Shown piece by piece: positions 39,242 to 51,149 of a stretch of 64,000 nt of DNA. The stretch is from Mobula hypostoma (lineage: Eukaryota), in assembly GCF_963921235.1 (NCBI RefSeq), contig NC_086107.1, forward strand, positions 104,162,001 to 104,226,000, in the 5' to 3' direction. The translations under genes were made by a program, and so were the position numbers. How positions within the stretch are numbered: position 1 is the first letter of the stretch; every line of letters starts with the position of its first letter. The notes beneath the pieces were generated by a model. The model worked only from the letters and a program-made list of their open reading frames with translations, searched no databases and was not told the DNA's origin.

Positions 39242-39737
39242 ACAGATGGAAGTTCAACAGCTTCTTCCCCCATTGCCATCAGGTTCTTGAACCAAGCCTA
39301 TAAACCCTAACAGGACTGCGGACTTGATTTCTTTTTCTCCCTTTCTCAATTTGGACCAATGTCATTATGCTTATTTTGTTGCGTAAGTTGTGTATAATTT
39401 ATAATTGAGATTTATAGTAGCTTATGTTTGTCACGTCTGGAATGTACTGTGCTGCTGCCAAAAGCTACTTGTCACAGAATTTAGACCCTGTGTATGTCTA
39501 TGACAATAAACTTGAACTTCAGGTAACCGGCAAGGTGAGGCGATGCTGCCTGAAAGGATGGCTTATAAAAGGGAACTGGATAAAGAACAGCAGAGCGCAA
39601 AAAAAAGTCTATTATGAACACTAGACCATAGGGAATACCATATGGTAAAGAAAAACCTCCTGAGGAAAAATTTCAAGGACAAACTCTTGGATCCGAATAG
39701 ACAAAAAGAAAATATGCATATCAAAACTGATCCTTTT

Positions 39738-39980
39738 GACATTGTGTATTGAATATTTCAATAACATTTGAGTAATTTTGCATATATATTGCTCGATTAA
39801 TCATTAATTATTTTAATAAATAATTATGGGTTATAAACATGTGAACTGCATACGTCATCATGCTGCCACATGATACATGCACACCTCACTGAAAGTAAGA
39901 CTCAAAGTTAGACCTATACTTTCAGACTCCTGCGTCTTCCTTTGAATTAGTCTACCATTTTGAAGTTATAGAACATAACA
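39738..39980. mobile_element. Possible decayed solo LTR
   Basis: TG...ACA termini (minus strand begins tgttatgtt); no TSD confirmed. Confidence 0.3.
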
Positions 39981-40639
39981 CCAAGGGCTAAAAGTGAAGT
40001 TTTCCATCCTGACTGACAGTTCGATATACAAAGGTACTTCACATATAAAATCAACAATTTTAGTATTGCCTTTTCAACGCAATGATCAGTTTGTAATCAA
40101 ATTGTAATAGAAGAAAAATTTCAAGGCAAACAATGCTTCACTTCATGTCAATACAGTTCAACTTAAGGTCAAAATTCCTCCAAAGGACCACAACCTTATT
40201 GTAGGGTTTGGAGGTTCGTGTGCCTCAGTGACCCAGAGAGCTATGCTGGCTGGAGTCAGGGCTTTATACTTTGGCTCTGGGTAGGGTCACCCATGTCAAA
40301 CAGGTCAAAGGGTAGAGGCCAGACTAAGAGTGGTCCACCGGTCCTCCAGGTTCGGGGGCTCAGCTCCGGGCTAACAACCCTGACTGATCAAAAAAAAGTT
40401 ACTGAAACAGCAGTGAAGATTTCTTCCACACCCATATGCAGTGGTACGGGCAGACAGGTGGAGGACCTTCACTGCTGCCCTAAATGCCAGCAACGTAGCA
40501 GACAGTAAGATCATCTCAGCAAAAAGTGATCAGTGAGAGGATTTGAACAAAGTCAAGCTGAACTGAGAAGATGCCAATGAAATCTCACTGAAGAGCTACT
40601 AAACAAAAAGAGGCAAAATGAGAACCACTAAGAGAGAGA

Positions 40640-40861
40640 CATCAAAGTTGCTGGTGAACGCAGCAGGCCAGGCAGCATCTCTAGGAAGAGGTACAGTCGA
40701 CGTTTCGGGCCGAGAGTCTTCCTCTAGTCCTGACAAAGGGTCTCAGCCTGAAACATCAACTGCACCTCTTCCTAGAGATGCTGCCTGGCCTGCTGCGTTC
40801 ACCAGCAACTTTGATGTGTGTTGCTTGAATTTCCAGCATCTGCAGAATTCCTCTTGTTTGC
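40640..40861. mobile_element. Fold-back Penelope pLTR insertion
   Basis: Inverted arms; 16-bp TSD ACCACTAAGAGAGAGA. Confidence 0.88.
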
Positions 40862-43299
40862 ACCACTAAGAGAGAGATAGGGATTTGGAAAACAATTCAA
40901 CTAATATTAGCTAAAATATGAAGTTTGTAAAGGGGGATAATAACAAAATGGGAGAGAAATTAAATATTTTATGTTTATTTACTACCTGAGAAAATGGGAA
41001 AATATATAACACAAACATAAAGTCTGCAGATGCTGGAAATCCAGAGCAGCAACACACACAAAATGTTGGAGGAACTCAGCAGGTCAGGCAGCATCTCTGG
41101 AAATGAATAAGCAGTCAACTTTCAGGCCGAGACCCTTCTTCAGGACGGAGAAGGAAAGGGGGTTAGATGCCAGAATAAAAAGGTGGGGGGAGGGGAAGGA
41201 GGCTCGCTGGAAGGTGAAGTCAGGTGCTTGGGAAAGATCAAGGGCTGAAGAAGAAGGAATCTGATATGAGAAGAGAGTGGACCATAGGGAAAAAGGGAAG
41301 GAGGAGGGGACCCAGGGAACTACATAATAGTTATCTCATATCAGTAATACAGGAAGTCCTGTAATCTATCAAGAAGTAATTGTTAGCAGGGTACTTAGAA
41401 AATAAAAGCATGATTGGACAGAGTTGACAAGGATTTATGAAGGGAAATCCATATTGGCTAATTATTTCCGGTGTTTTTCAGACTGTAACTTAACAAGCAG
41501 ATATAGCATGATTGGTGTAGTGTTTTTGGCTTTCAATATGAAGCCATACAAAAGACAATTAAACAAAATTAGAAAATACAGTATGCGATTGGGGACAATA
41601 TATTGGAGTGGGTTGGGAAATGGTTAGTGGAGAGGGAACAGACAGTGTGATAAACAGACCACCTCTAGTATGTGAAACCATGGCTAGCAATGCTGAAGCC
41701 TTAACTGTTCACAATCTAGATCAATGATTTGGATGAGGTGAACAAAAATCCAAGTCTGTTGATGATACTGAATTGAGTGACAGCGTGGATTGTGAGGAAG
41801 ATGTAAAAAGGCTTCAAGGGGATAAGACCAAGTTAATGGAGAATAGGTTAAATGGAATAAAAAAGGAAAGATACGTCACATCCGGAGTTTCTCCGGTTAG
41901 CGGACGATTTCCCTCCACGCCTCTCTGACGTAGTGGGGAACCGCGTACGAGGCAAGTTACAGCAGTGGTTTATCATTGCCTTCTGCAGAGTGAGTTTCCA
42001 AAGAGATCACCAGCTCGTAACCCAGTACGGATGGAAAGACGGCTGGCTGGATTCGAACTCAGGACCTTTCGTCCCGAAGTCCGACGCTGATGCCACTACG
42101 CCACCCAATGTGGAAAAACTGTTAAGTCATCTGGTCTGGCGGAAAGGGATGGCATGGTTAGTATAATTGTTTTATAGTGCCAGCAATTGGACCAATTCCC
42201 GCTGCTACGTTCTCGCCGACCTGTGTGCTCTGGTTTCCTCCCACACTCCAAAGAGATGCGGGTTAGGGTCAGTGAGTTGTGGACATGCTATGTTGGTGCC
42301 TGAAGTGTGGCAACACTTGCAAGCTGTCCCCAGCACAACCTTCACTGATTTGATTCGACACAAATGACACATTTCACTCTGCGTTTCGATGTACAATGTG
42401 GCAAATACAACGAAGTAATCTTTAAGAAACAGTAACAAAAGCAGAATACTTTTTAAAACTCAAGTATTGTACATTGGTAACTGCAATGTAACATTCAGGT
42501 ACAGCAAGAAAGCAGAAGGGCAAATTGAATATTTACTTTTATTGTGGCATCTGCAGAGATATTTTTATATCCATTTTGTGACTAAATTAACGTAATAGAC
42601 AAAATGCCAGTGTTTCCAAGCTGTTGGCAGGAAGGAATTGACTGGCTTAATGCAGTAGCATAACATCCTTTGGATGAAAGGAAATAGAAAGAAGTAAATG
42701 CGTGCTTGGAAATGCTATCTAAAGGAACTTATCCTTGCAGAATTCATGCTTCAATTTTATTTTGAAACCATCCCAAAAGCAGATTGCCAAAGCTTGAAGT
42801 TCAAAGTCAGCATTACTCATGAGCCGTAAATTCCCACATTTGGTTTGATGCACAACGAGTTGCAAAGTTAATGCCAATTTGCATCAGGCCTTGTCACCCT
42901 GGGCCAAGGAGGAGGACATAGAGTCTGTCCACATCCGGAGACCTCTGGGCAAAATGAAGTCTTGTGAATGGAAAAGAGGAGACAGGGATGGGGGAAATGG
43001 AAGGGGAAAGGGAAGGGAGGAGAGGGAAAACAGTGGGAAAAGGAAAGGGGGAGAGGAAATAAAAAGAAAGGGAGCGGGTGAGAATAAAGATGTCTGAAGG
43101 GGTAGAGCGGGGAGGAGGAGAGGTGAAGCTGTAATAAATTTTCCAGCATCTATTGACCCTCAGATTTCCACATGCATCCTCCCCCTCTCTAGTATCTTTG
43201 ATTCACCCTTTCTCCTTCAATTCCTCAGAACTTCCTCCTTGTGATTCAAAACCCTCTTCCTCTTTCTTTGTTGCCTCAAATTTCCAGTCTTAAGCTCCC

Positions 43300-44010
43300 T
43301 CTCTCCTTCCCTCTCCAGTGTCATGACCACCCCTCTTTCTTCTGTGCTTCAATTTTCACTGATATCCCCCTTCCTCTCCCGTGTCAGAGAGATCTCTTCC
43401 TTCCACCCGCACCTCCACCTCCAATATCTCAGATCTTCTTCCATCCCTGCCTCGCCAATGTTTTGATCTCCCTTCTTCTCCAGTAGCTCAGATCTCCTTC
43501 TTTAGTGCCTTGGATCTCCCTCCTTCCCAGCATCTCAGATTTCTCTCCCTCTCCAGTGACTTGCAAATCCCTCCTTCCCTCCCTTCCAGTGTCTCGGACC
43601 TCCCTCTCCATCTCCAGTGCCTTGGATCTCCCTCCTTCCCAGCATCTCAGATTTTTCTCCTTCTCCAGTGCCTTGTATCTCCCTCCTTCCCAGCATCTCA
43701 GATTTCTCTCCTTCTCCAGTGCCTTGTATCTCCCTCCTTCCCTTCCTTCCGATGTTTCGGATCTCCCTCTTTCTCTCCATCTCCAGTGTCTCGGACCTCC
43801 CTCTCCAGTAGCTCAGATCTCCAGTGCCTTGGATCTCCCTCCTTCCCTCCCTCTGCAATGTCTCGCATCTGCCTCCTTCCCTCCATCTCCAGTGTCTCGG
43901 ATCTCCCTCCTTCTCTAAACTCGCCCCGCAGTCCCATACATCTCTACTTCTCTTCCTCCTCTCCAGTGTCTCAGATCCCCCTCTTCCTCATGCTCCAGCG
44001 TCTCGGAGCT
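43300..44010. repeat. Degenerate pyrimidine-rich tandem repeat (core ~51-bp unit TCTCCAGTGCCTTGGATCTCCCTCCTTCCCAGCATCTCAGATTT(C/T)TCTCCT)
   Basis: Near-perfect units at 43612-43740 and many degenerate CTCCAGTG/GATCTCCC subunits. Confidence 0.85.
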
Positions 44011-44042
44011 CCCTCCCTTCATTCACTCACTCACTCACTCAC

Positions 44043-44081
44043 CCTCAGCTGCCGCGCTGCAGCAACCCTCACCGCCGCCAT
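44043..44081 (-). CDS. bcat2: BCAT2 coding exon 1 (MAAVRVAAARQLR), start of mitochondrial transit peptide
   Basis: ATG at 44081 in ACGATGG context within a CpG-rich patch; 39 nt, phase 0, followed by GTGAGT donor; Ala/Arg-rich with no acidic residues. Assigned by frame and composition rather than strong homology. Confidence 0.75.
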
Positions 44082-44210
44082 CGTTCCCGTCTCGCTGGGA
44101 AATGGGACTGCCTTCCCCTGCAGCCCTGAAGAAAGGTTCCGCCTTCGCAGCCCGAACAGGTTCAATCCCGTGACTTCAACGGCGCAGTGAAGCGACGGGG
44201 GTCGGGTACA
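44050..44210 (-). promoter_or_regulatory. CpG-rich 5'UTR/proximal promoter of bcat2
   Basis: Local CpG enrichment in non-repetitive sequence around the start codon. Confidence 0.55.
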
Positions 44211-45084
44211 GGCAGAGGGGCATTAGCTAGGGAAAGGGTTACAGAGAGGGGGAATTTCAGCCCGGGAAATTAGTGCAAAAAAAAAGATGGATTCATCAGG
44301 GAGATAATGCAAAAGGAGGGGAGTTGGCTTAGAGGTGGTGTAAGGAGAGCTGCAACTGGATGCGTTATAATTCCACATTTCCTTTTGTAAACTGATTTAT
44401 CTGCTGTTCAGCTGGCGTGTAAGTTGGTTGAGTGAAGTGTTTTTAACCACCACACTTTATTTTCTGATTGTCTCTAGGCAATGTCTCTGGAGATGGATTT
44501 AGAAGGAAATCTGCCCTCAACTGCTGAAATCCATTACACAAGCCGTATATACAGTATATAATCCCCTTACCACACACCCCAACTATTCCCGGCACGCAAT
44601 GACGTGGCATATTCACTGTAAGAGGTTACCACATCCAGAGTTCTGCAACACAGCTGTAAGTTATTTTAAAAATTGCTCCCTCTTAATCATGTAAAAGTTC
44701 CTCGCACTGTTTGGTCAGCTGACCGCTGCGCCAGAAAGTGACTGCGGTAATAATCTTGACAGGTGATATTCCACGCGTTAACAAAACCACCTTCTGACTG
44801 AGAGCTAGAGTACAAGGTCATTGAAGTTAAACACCAGACGTGAGTCGAGTTTTTTTTTCGATGCACGGTTTAGTTTCTACTCTGAGTTAAAATCGTCGCT
44901 GTAATTCTAAAACCACTCTCTGTAACACTGTTAGCACCTAGGGAGAAGAGCCTGGAGTGTCTAGAACCATGGAGATGGAGGTGTCACTGCTCTGGATGTT
45001 GAGCCAATCAGTGTCACTCTCATCTACTGAAAAAAACAGATATCAATTCTGTGACAAAGGTTGAGAGGCCTTTGGAAAGGAAAC

Positions 45085-45800
45085 GTCTCCATTCTCCTCT
45101 GACCCCTTTCGTTAACAAGGTGGTTTTGCCCACAGAACCGTCACTCACTCGATTTTTACCCCACTATTCTCTATGAACTCTAGAGACTGTTGTGCATGAA
45201 AATCTCAGGAGATCAGCCGTTGTTGAGATACTCAGACCACCCCATCTGGCACCAACAATCATTCCACGGTCAAAGTCACATTTTTCCCCAATCTGATGTC
45301 TGGTCTGAACAGCAAATGAACCTCTTGACCATGTCTGCGTGCTTTTATACATTGAGTTGCTGCCTCACGATTGGCTGATTAGATATTTGTATTAACAAGC
45401 AGGTGTACAGGTGCAGCTCATAAATTGTTGGTGCCAGATAGGGTGGTTTGAGTATCTCAGAAACTGCTGATCTCCTGGTATTTTCACACACAACAGTCTC
45501 TAGAGCTTACGTAGAATGGTATAAAAAACAAAAAGACATCCAGTGAGTGGCAGTTCTGTGGGTGAAAATGCTTTGTTAATGAGAGAGGTCAGAGGAGAAT
45601 GGCCAGAGTGGTTCAAGCTGACAGGAAGGTGACAATAACTCAAACAGTCATGCATTACAACAGTGGTGGGCAGAAGAGCATCTCTGAGCACATAGCACAT
45701 CGAACCTTGAAGTGGATGGGCCACGGCAGCAGAAGACCATGAACATACACTCAGTGGCCACTTAAGTTGGTACAGCTAATAAAGTGGCCACTGTGTGTAT
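45085..45800. mobile_element. Two inverted Tc1 fragments of the same family
   Basis: MIVGARWGGLSISTTADLL on the - strand (45164-45352), followed by the reverse-oriented copy 45424-45800. Confidence 0.8.
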
Positions 45801-46896
45801 ATGGAATACTTTGACAATAAGTTTTACTTTGACTTTGTCAGTGCTTTACAGTGCATGATATTTCCATGCTCTGTGCCTTGTTCTGAGATGTATAGTGCAC
45901 TGATCAACTGCAACCTCAAGCAGGGAGCAGTCTGGTCATGCTCTGGATGATCATTTCCAGAATTGCAACCTCCAGCTCAGTGGCAAAACAGGCACTGCAA
46001 TTTTCCACCTAATTAAAAATAGAATGGAAAAACATTACTCCAAAACAGTAAGGCCCCCAACCCCAAGATCCCTCTGTTCCTCCACACTGCTAAGAATCCT
46101 GCCAAGAACCCCATCTTCTGCCTTCAAATCCGACCTTCCAACTTGATTCGCTTCATACTTTTCACACTTTTCTTTCTGTTGATCTGTATTAAAGATCAAC
46201 CAAAGGACAGCACGGCCAGAGCGCTTTACTGCGCTAGCAACCCAGGTTCGATTCCCGCCGCTGCCTGTAAGGAGTTTCTCCCCCAGGACCGCGTGGGTTT
46301 CCTCCGAATGCTCTGGTTCCTCCCTCAGTTCAAAGACCTACCGGCTGGTAGGTTAATTGGTCAATGTAAACCCTCCGCGTGATTAGGCTCAGATTAAAAT
46401 TGGGAGATTGTTGGGCGGGTGCAGCTGGAAGGACCTGTTCTGCACTCTATCTCAATAAACATAAATAAAAAAATAAAAATAAATACAAGTAAAGTTCTCA
46501 TCAGCAACACTCCCCCAGCAATGCCCAGCTGGGTGTCAGATCCCCTACCTAAACCACTGTTGGCATATGGAAGAGACTCAGAGAGTCATACAACATGGAA
46601 ATAGAGTGTAAACCAAGATCTTATCTCCATTAATACAATTTTGCTCTCCCCTATGATCCTCATCTCTGTCCCCCTCAGAATCTATTACTCAGCTCTGCCC
46701 AAGATCTGTGACTCACTTGTACAATGTACAGTGGCCAATTAACACCATCTACTGTGGAACATAGAACACTGATCAGTGCAGCACAGTACAGGCCCTTTGG
46801 CCTACAATATTGTGTTGACCCTTTCACCTATTCAAAGATCAATCTAACCCTTCCCTCCCATATAACCTTCCATTTTTCTTTCATCCATGTGCCCAT

Positions 46897-47314
46897 CTCC
46901 TCCAAAGGACCACAACCTTGTCGTAGGGTTTGGAGGCTTGCCCCCTTCAATGACCTGGAGAGCAATGTTGGCTGGAGTCAGGGCTTTGGCTCTTGGTAGG
47001 GTCACCCATGCCAAACAGGCCAAAGGGTAGAGGCCAGACTAAGAGTGGTCAACCGGTCCTCTGGGTTCAGGGGTTCAGCTCAGGGCCAACAACCCTGACT
47101 GGTCAAACAAAACTGTTACGGAAACAACAATGAAGAATCCTTCTACATCTGAGTGCGACGGTATTCCTGAGTCTCCACCCGGGACTTGTATGACTGACAG
47201 CAGCGAAAACAGAGAGGAAGCTACTGACATGATGAAGGAAGCCCTGAACACTACCAGAGATGGAGGACCTTCACTGCTGCCCTAAACGCCAGATCCATAA
47301 TAGTCGGTAAGTAA
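46897..47314 (+). mobile_element. Short RTE-derived non-autonomous retroelement (copies at 17236-17640 -, 23848-24255 -, 40177-40510 +, 55765-56560 + split by a PLE)
   Basis: 5' part resembles RTE/BovB/Expander 5'UTR (ccttgtcgt...ggcttgc...caatga...gggtcaccca...gtggtc); (AGTA)n tail. Confidence 0.7.
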
Positions 47315-47648
47315 CTGTGCCTATCTTAGAGTCTTTTAAATGTCTCCGATGTTTTTGCCTCTGCCATTGCCCCTGGCAGTGACTGACTACCCTGTAAAAA
47401 AACCTACCCCTGAACCCCCCCCAACCATATTTTCTTCCAATTACCTTAAAATTATGCCCCCTCATATTAACTATTTCTGCCCTGGAAAAAAGACTCTGGC
47501 CGTAACTGCATGACATCCTTGGGATGTGGGAGGATCGCCATGTAGTCACAGAGAGAACGTGCAACTTGCACGTGAATGGCAAAGGAGCTCAGGGTTGAAG
47601 CCGTGTCTCTGTTGCTGTGAGGCATTGGCACCAGCACCTGCTCTAAAG

Positions 47649-48383
47649 CAGCGGTCCCCAACCACTGGGCCGTGGACCGGTACCGGGCCGCAAAGCATGT
47701 GCTACCGGGCCGCGAGGAAACGATATGATTTGGCGATATGAGTCAGCTGCACCTTTCCTCACGTACTGTCCCTGTCACGCACTGTTGAACTTGAACATAG
47801 GGTTACCAACTGTCTCGTATTAGCCAGGACATCCCGTATATTGGGCTAAATTGGTTTGTCCCATACGGGATCGCCCTTGTTCCGTATTTCCCTCGCTAAT
47901 GTAGAGCATTCCTATGAAACCGTTCGTAAGCTGAAATGGCGTAAAGTGAAGAAGCAATTACCATTAATTTATATGGGAAAATTTTCTGAGCGCTCCAGAC
48001 CCAAAAAATAACCTACCAAATCATACCAAATAACACATAAAACCTAAAATAACATTAACATATAGTAAAAGCAGCAATGATATGATAAATACACAGCCTA
48101 TATAAAGTAGAAATAATGTATGTACAGTGTAGTTTCACTTAACAGAATCGGGAAGATTAAGCCAAAACTGATTTGTAGAAAAAAAATTGGCACGTACAGG
48201 TGCCCGCGCAAGGCTTCATGGTCATGGTAGTCTTTCTTGGGGTAAACACAAGTGTCCCGTATTTGACTGCTACTTTTGTCCCTTATTTGGGAGTGAGAAT
48301 ACCCCCCACCCTGGTTGGCCGGTCCACAAGAATATTGTCAATATTAAACCGGTCCGCGGTGCAAAAAAGGTGGGGGACCCCTG
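47649..48383 (+). mobile_element. Shorter copy of the same hAT-Charlie element, opposite orientation
   Basis: TIRs CAGCGGTCCCCAACC / GGTGGGGGACCCCTG; perfect 8-bp TSD CTCTAAAG; lacks the transposase segment. Confidence 0.95.
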
Positions 48384-49032
48384 CTCTAAAGGATACAGTT
48401 CGAGGTTCTGGTTCCATGACTGCTTTCCATCACCACCCCCTAGCCTCTGCCTGAATGCCCTTTGCTTCTCTGAGCTGTCTCAGCCATCTTGATGTGTTCA
48501 GAGGTCTATAAACTACTGTGGATACCCCAAGGTCTCAGAGATGCTCAAGACTCTTGGTTGTGAGGCCACTGAGTGAACAAGGGATCAAGGAGCAAAGTTG
48601 AGATTGATTGAGCTGTGCCATTAATGAATGGTTCAAAGTAAATTTATGTTGTATGTATGTTGTTGTTGAGTGCAGTCAAGCGTTGTCTATGAATGGCGAC
48701 CCCGTAGGGTTTCCATGGCAAGATAGTGGGGCTACCCAGGTTGGGACCTGGCCGGATTCGAACCCAAGACCATCTGTCTTGAAGACCAGTGCTGATTCCA
48801 CTACACCACTGGCCGGCCCAAGTATATACATGTCACCATATACTACCTTGAGATTCATTTTCTTTCAGGCATTTTCAGGAAACAAAGAAATACAATAGAA
48901 TTTTATCAAAAAACTATATATAAACAAAGACTGAAAAAAAATCAAAGTACAAAAGAAGACAAACTGTGCTAATAAAAATAATACTGAGAACATGATTTGT
49001 AAAGTGTCCTTGAAAGTGAGTCTGTAGGTCAT

Positions 49033-49478
49033 AGCAACACACATCAAAGTTGCTGGTGAACGCAGCAGGCCAGGCAGCATCTCGAGGAAGAGGTGCAGTC
49101 GGCATTTCAGGCCGAGGTCCTTCGTCAGGACAAACTGAAAGAAGAGCTAGTAAGAGATTTGAAAGTGGAAGGGGGAGGGGGAGATCCGAAATGATAGGAG
49201 AAAACAGGAGGGGGAGGGATGGAGCCAAGAGCTGGACAGTTGATTGGCAAAAGGGATATGAGAGGATCATGGAACGGGAGGCCTAGGGAGAAAGAAAAGG
49301 GGGAGGGGGGGAAACCCAGAGGATGGGCAAGGGGTATAGTGAGAGGGACAGAGGGAGAAAACGGAGAGAGAAAAAGAATGTGTGTGTATATAAGTAAATA
49401 AATAACGGATGAGGTGGGGCATTAGCGGAAGTTTGAGAAGTCAATGTTAACTGACTTCTCAATGTCATTCCGCTAATG
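49033..49478 (-). mobile_element. Penelope-like fragment ending in a micro fold-back
   Basis: Reverse complement of the 36121-36671 type; the end folds back on itself (attagcggaa...ttccgctaat). Confidence 0.8.
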
Positions 49479-49924
49479 GTTTTGCTTTCTACCTATCAAT
49501 TGTTGTCAATGGTCAATACTCTGGGCAAGCTGCATCACCGTCTGTTACGGTGGGGGGTGGGGGGTGGGGAGACTACTGCACAGGATTGAAAGAAACTGCA
49601 GAAAGTTGTGAACTCAGTCAGCTCCCTCATGAGCACTGGCCTCTGTAGCATCCAGAACATCCTCAAGGAGTGACGCCTCAAACAGGCGACACCCATCATT
49701 GAGGACCCTCTTCACCCAGGACATTGCTACCATCAGGAAGGAGGTACAGGAGCCTGAAGCCACACACTCAGTGATTCAGGAACAGCTTCTTCCACTCTGC
49801 CATCCAATTTCTGAATGGACATTGAACCTGTGAACATTAACTCACTACTTTTTTTCTGCACTGCTTATTTAATTTAACTATTTTATATATATAATTTTCC
49901 CTCACCCATTATGAGTGCTATGTA

Positions 49925-50582
49925 TGTGTATTTTCCCCTCAACCTCGGGTCCTCTACCAGAGACCTGGGGGCTTGAGGATTCAGTGCAGTATCCTCGCTG
50001 ATCCTAGTAGTGCGCTCTTCTGGACCAAGATCTCAGATGTTGTTCCCAGGATTTGTTGGAGCCACTCTCCTGGTTCAGGTGTCACAGCTCCAAGTGCTCA
50101 TGATGGAGCTGACTGAGTTCACAACTTTCTGCAGTTTCTTTCAATCCTGTGTAGTAGTCTCCCACCGTAACAGACGGTGATGTAGCTAGCCCAGAGTATT
50201 GCCCATTGCTAATATTGTTGCACCACTGGGATTACTCTGGCTTTAACTTTCCACATCCTTTCTATCTGCTCTTTCAAGCCCCGGTATTTCTCCAGCCTCT
50301 CATATTCTTTCTTCCTGATGTTACTGTCATTTGGGATTGCCACTTCCATTACAATTGCTCTCTTCTGTTCCTTGTCCAGAATCACAATGTCTGGTTAGCT
50401 GGTCAGTGCCTGATTATCGGTCTTTATTTGGAACTCCCACAGGATCTTAGCTCCGTTATTCTCCACTACCGTCTTGGGTGCTTCCCATTTGGACTCTGAA
50501 GTGTCCAACCCATGCTCAGCACAGATGTTCCTGTGCACAATTCCTGCCACTTGGTTGTGCCATTCAGTGTATGCTGTCCCAG
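49925..50582 (-). mobile_element. R4/Dong-like (restriction-like endonuclease) LINE 3' fragment
   Basis: Decayed peptide NQPDIVILDKEQKRAIVMEVAIPND...GALGAVTP...LQQIPGTTSEILVQKSALLG. Confidence 0.75.
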
Positions 50583-51102
50583 CTGCATCTTGAAAATATA
50601 AATTTATCTAAGTATCTATCCATTTATCTATCTATCTATCTATGTATTTATTTGCTGTAATTCAGTTTTTAAAATTTTCCATTATTATGTATTGCATTGT
50701 ACTGCTATCAAGAAAATAACAAATTTCACGACACATGCCAGAGATATTAAACCTGATTCTGATTCTTTTCCTCCATAATCTATATTACAGTTTTGTTCCT
50801 CAACATTCTGATTTCTGAAGCACAAAACAGTATGAACTGACAATTTGTAATAAATATCATGATCTTTTGGACCGGTTTACAAAGTCACTGTTTTCCAGCT
50901 TTGTCTATTCCTTTGTTTATTTTTGTATCTGTGTTTATAGTGCATGTTGCAATGCTTCACGGGATTAAACCACGACGTGAGGTTATTTTTGTTTCTGGTG
51001 AAACTGTTGAGCCTGCTTCTAAGTATGTGTGAGTTACATAAGGAAGTTTTGAACAGTGTATGAAACTCGTGCGGAGCAATGGCATGAGCATCCTTCCAGT
51101 TT

Positions 51103-51149
51103 ATTGGTTCAGCAAGGGGCGGAGATGGAGAGACGGCAGCTGATTGGCA
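51103..51149. promoter_or_regulatory. CCAAT-GC box-CCAAT module (NF-Y/Sp1-type)
   Basis: ATTGG 51103-51107, GGGGCGGAG 51116-51124, CTGATTGGC 51140-51148, in non-repetitive sequence. Confidence 0.35.

Noticed and set aside
43381..44190. 269-aa + strand ORF antisense to exon 1
   Set aside because: Low-complexity Ser/Pro/Leu product of the pyrimidine-rich repeat; no recognisable domain
44571..44610. Alternative ATG exon (MPRHCVPGIVGVC) with GTAAGG donor on the minus strand
   Set aside because: 40 nt, phase 1, out of frame with exon 2 and not presequence-like; at most a non-coding first exon
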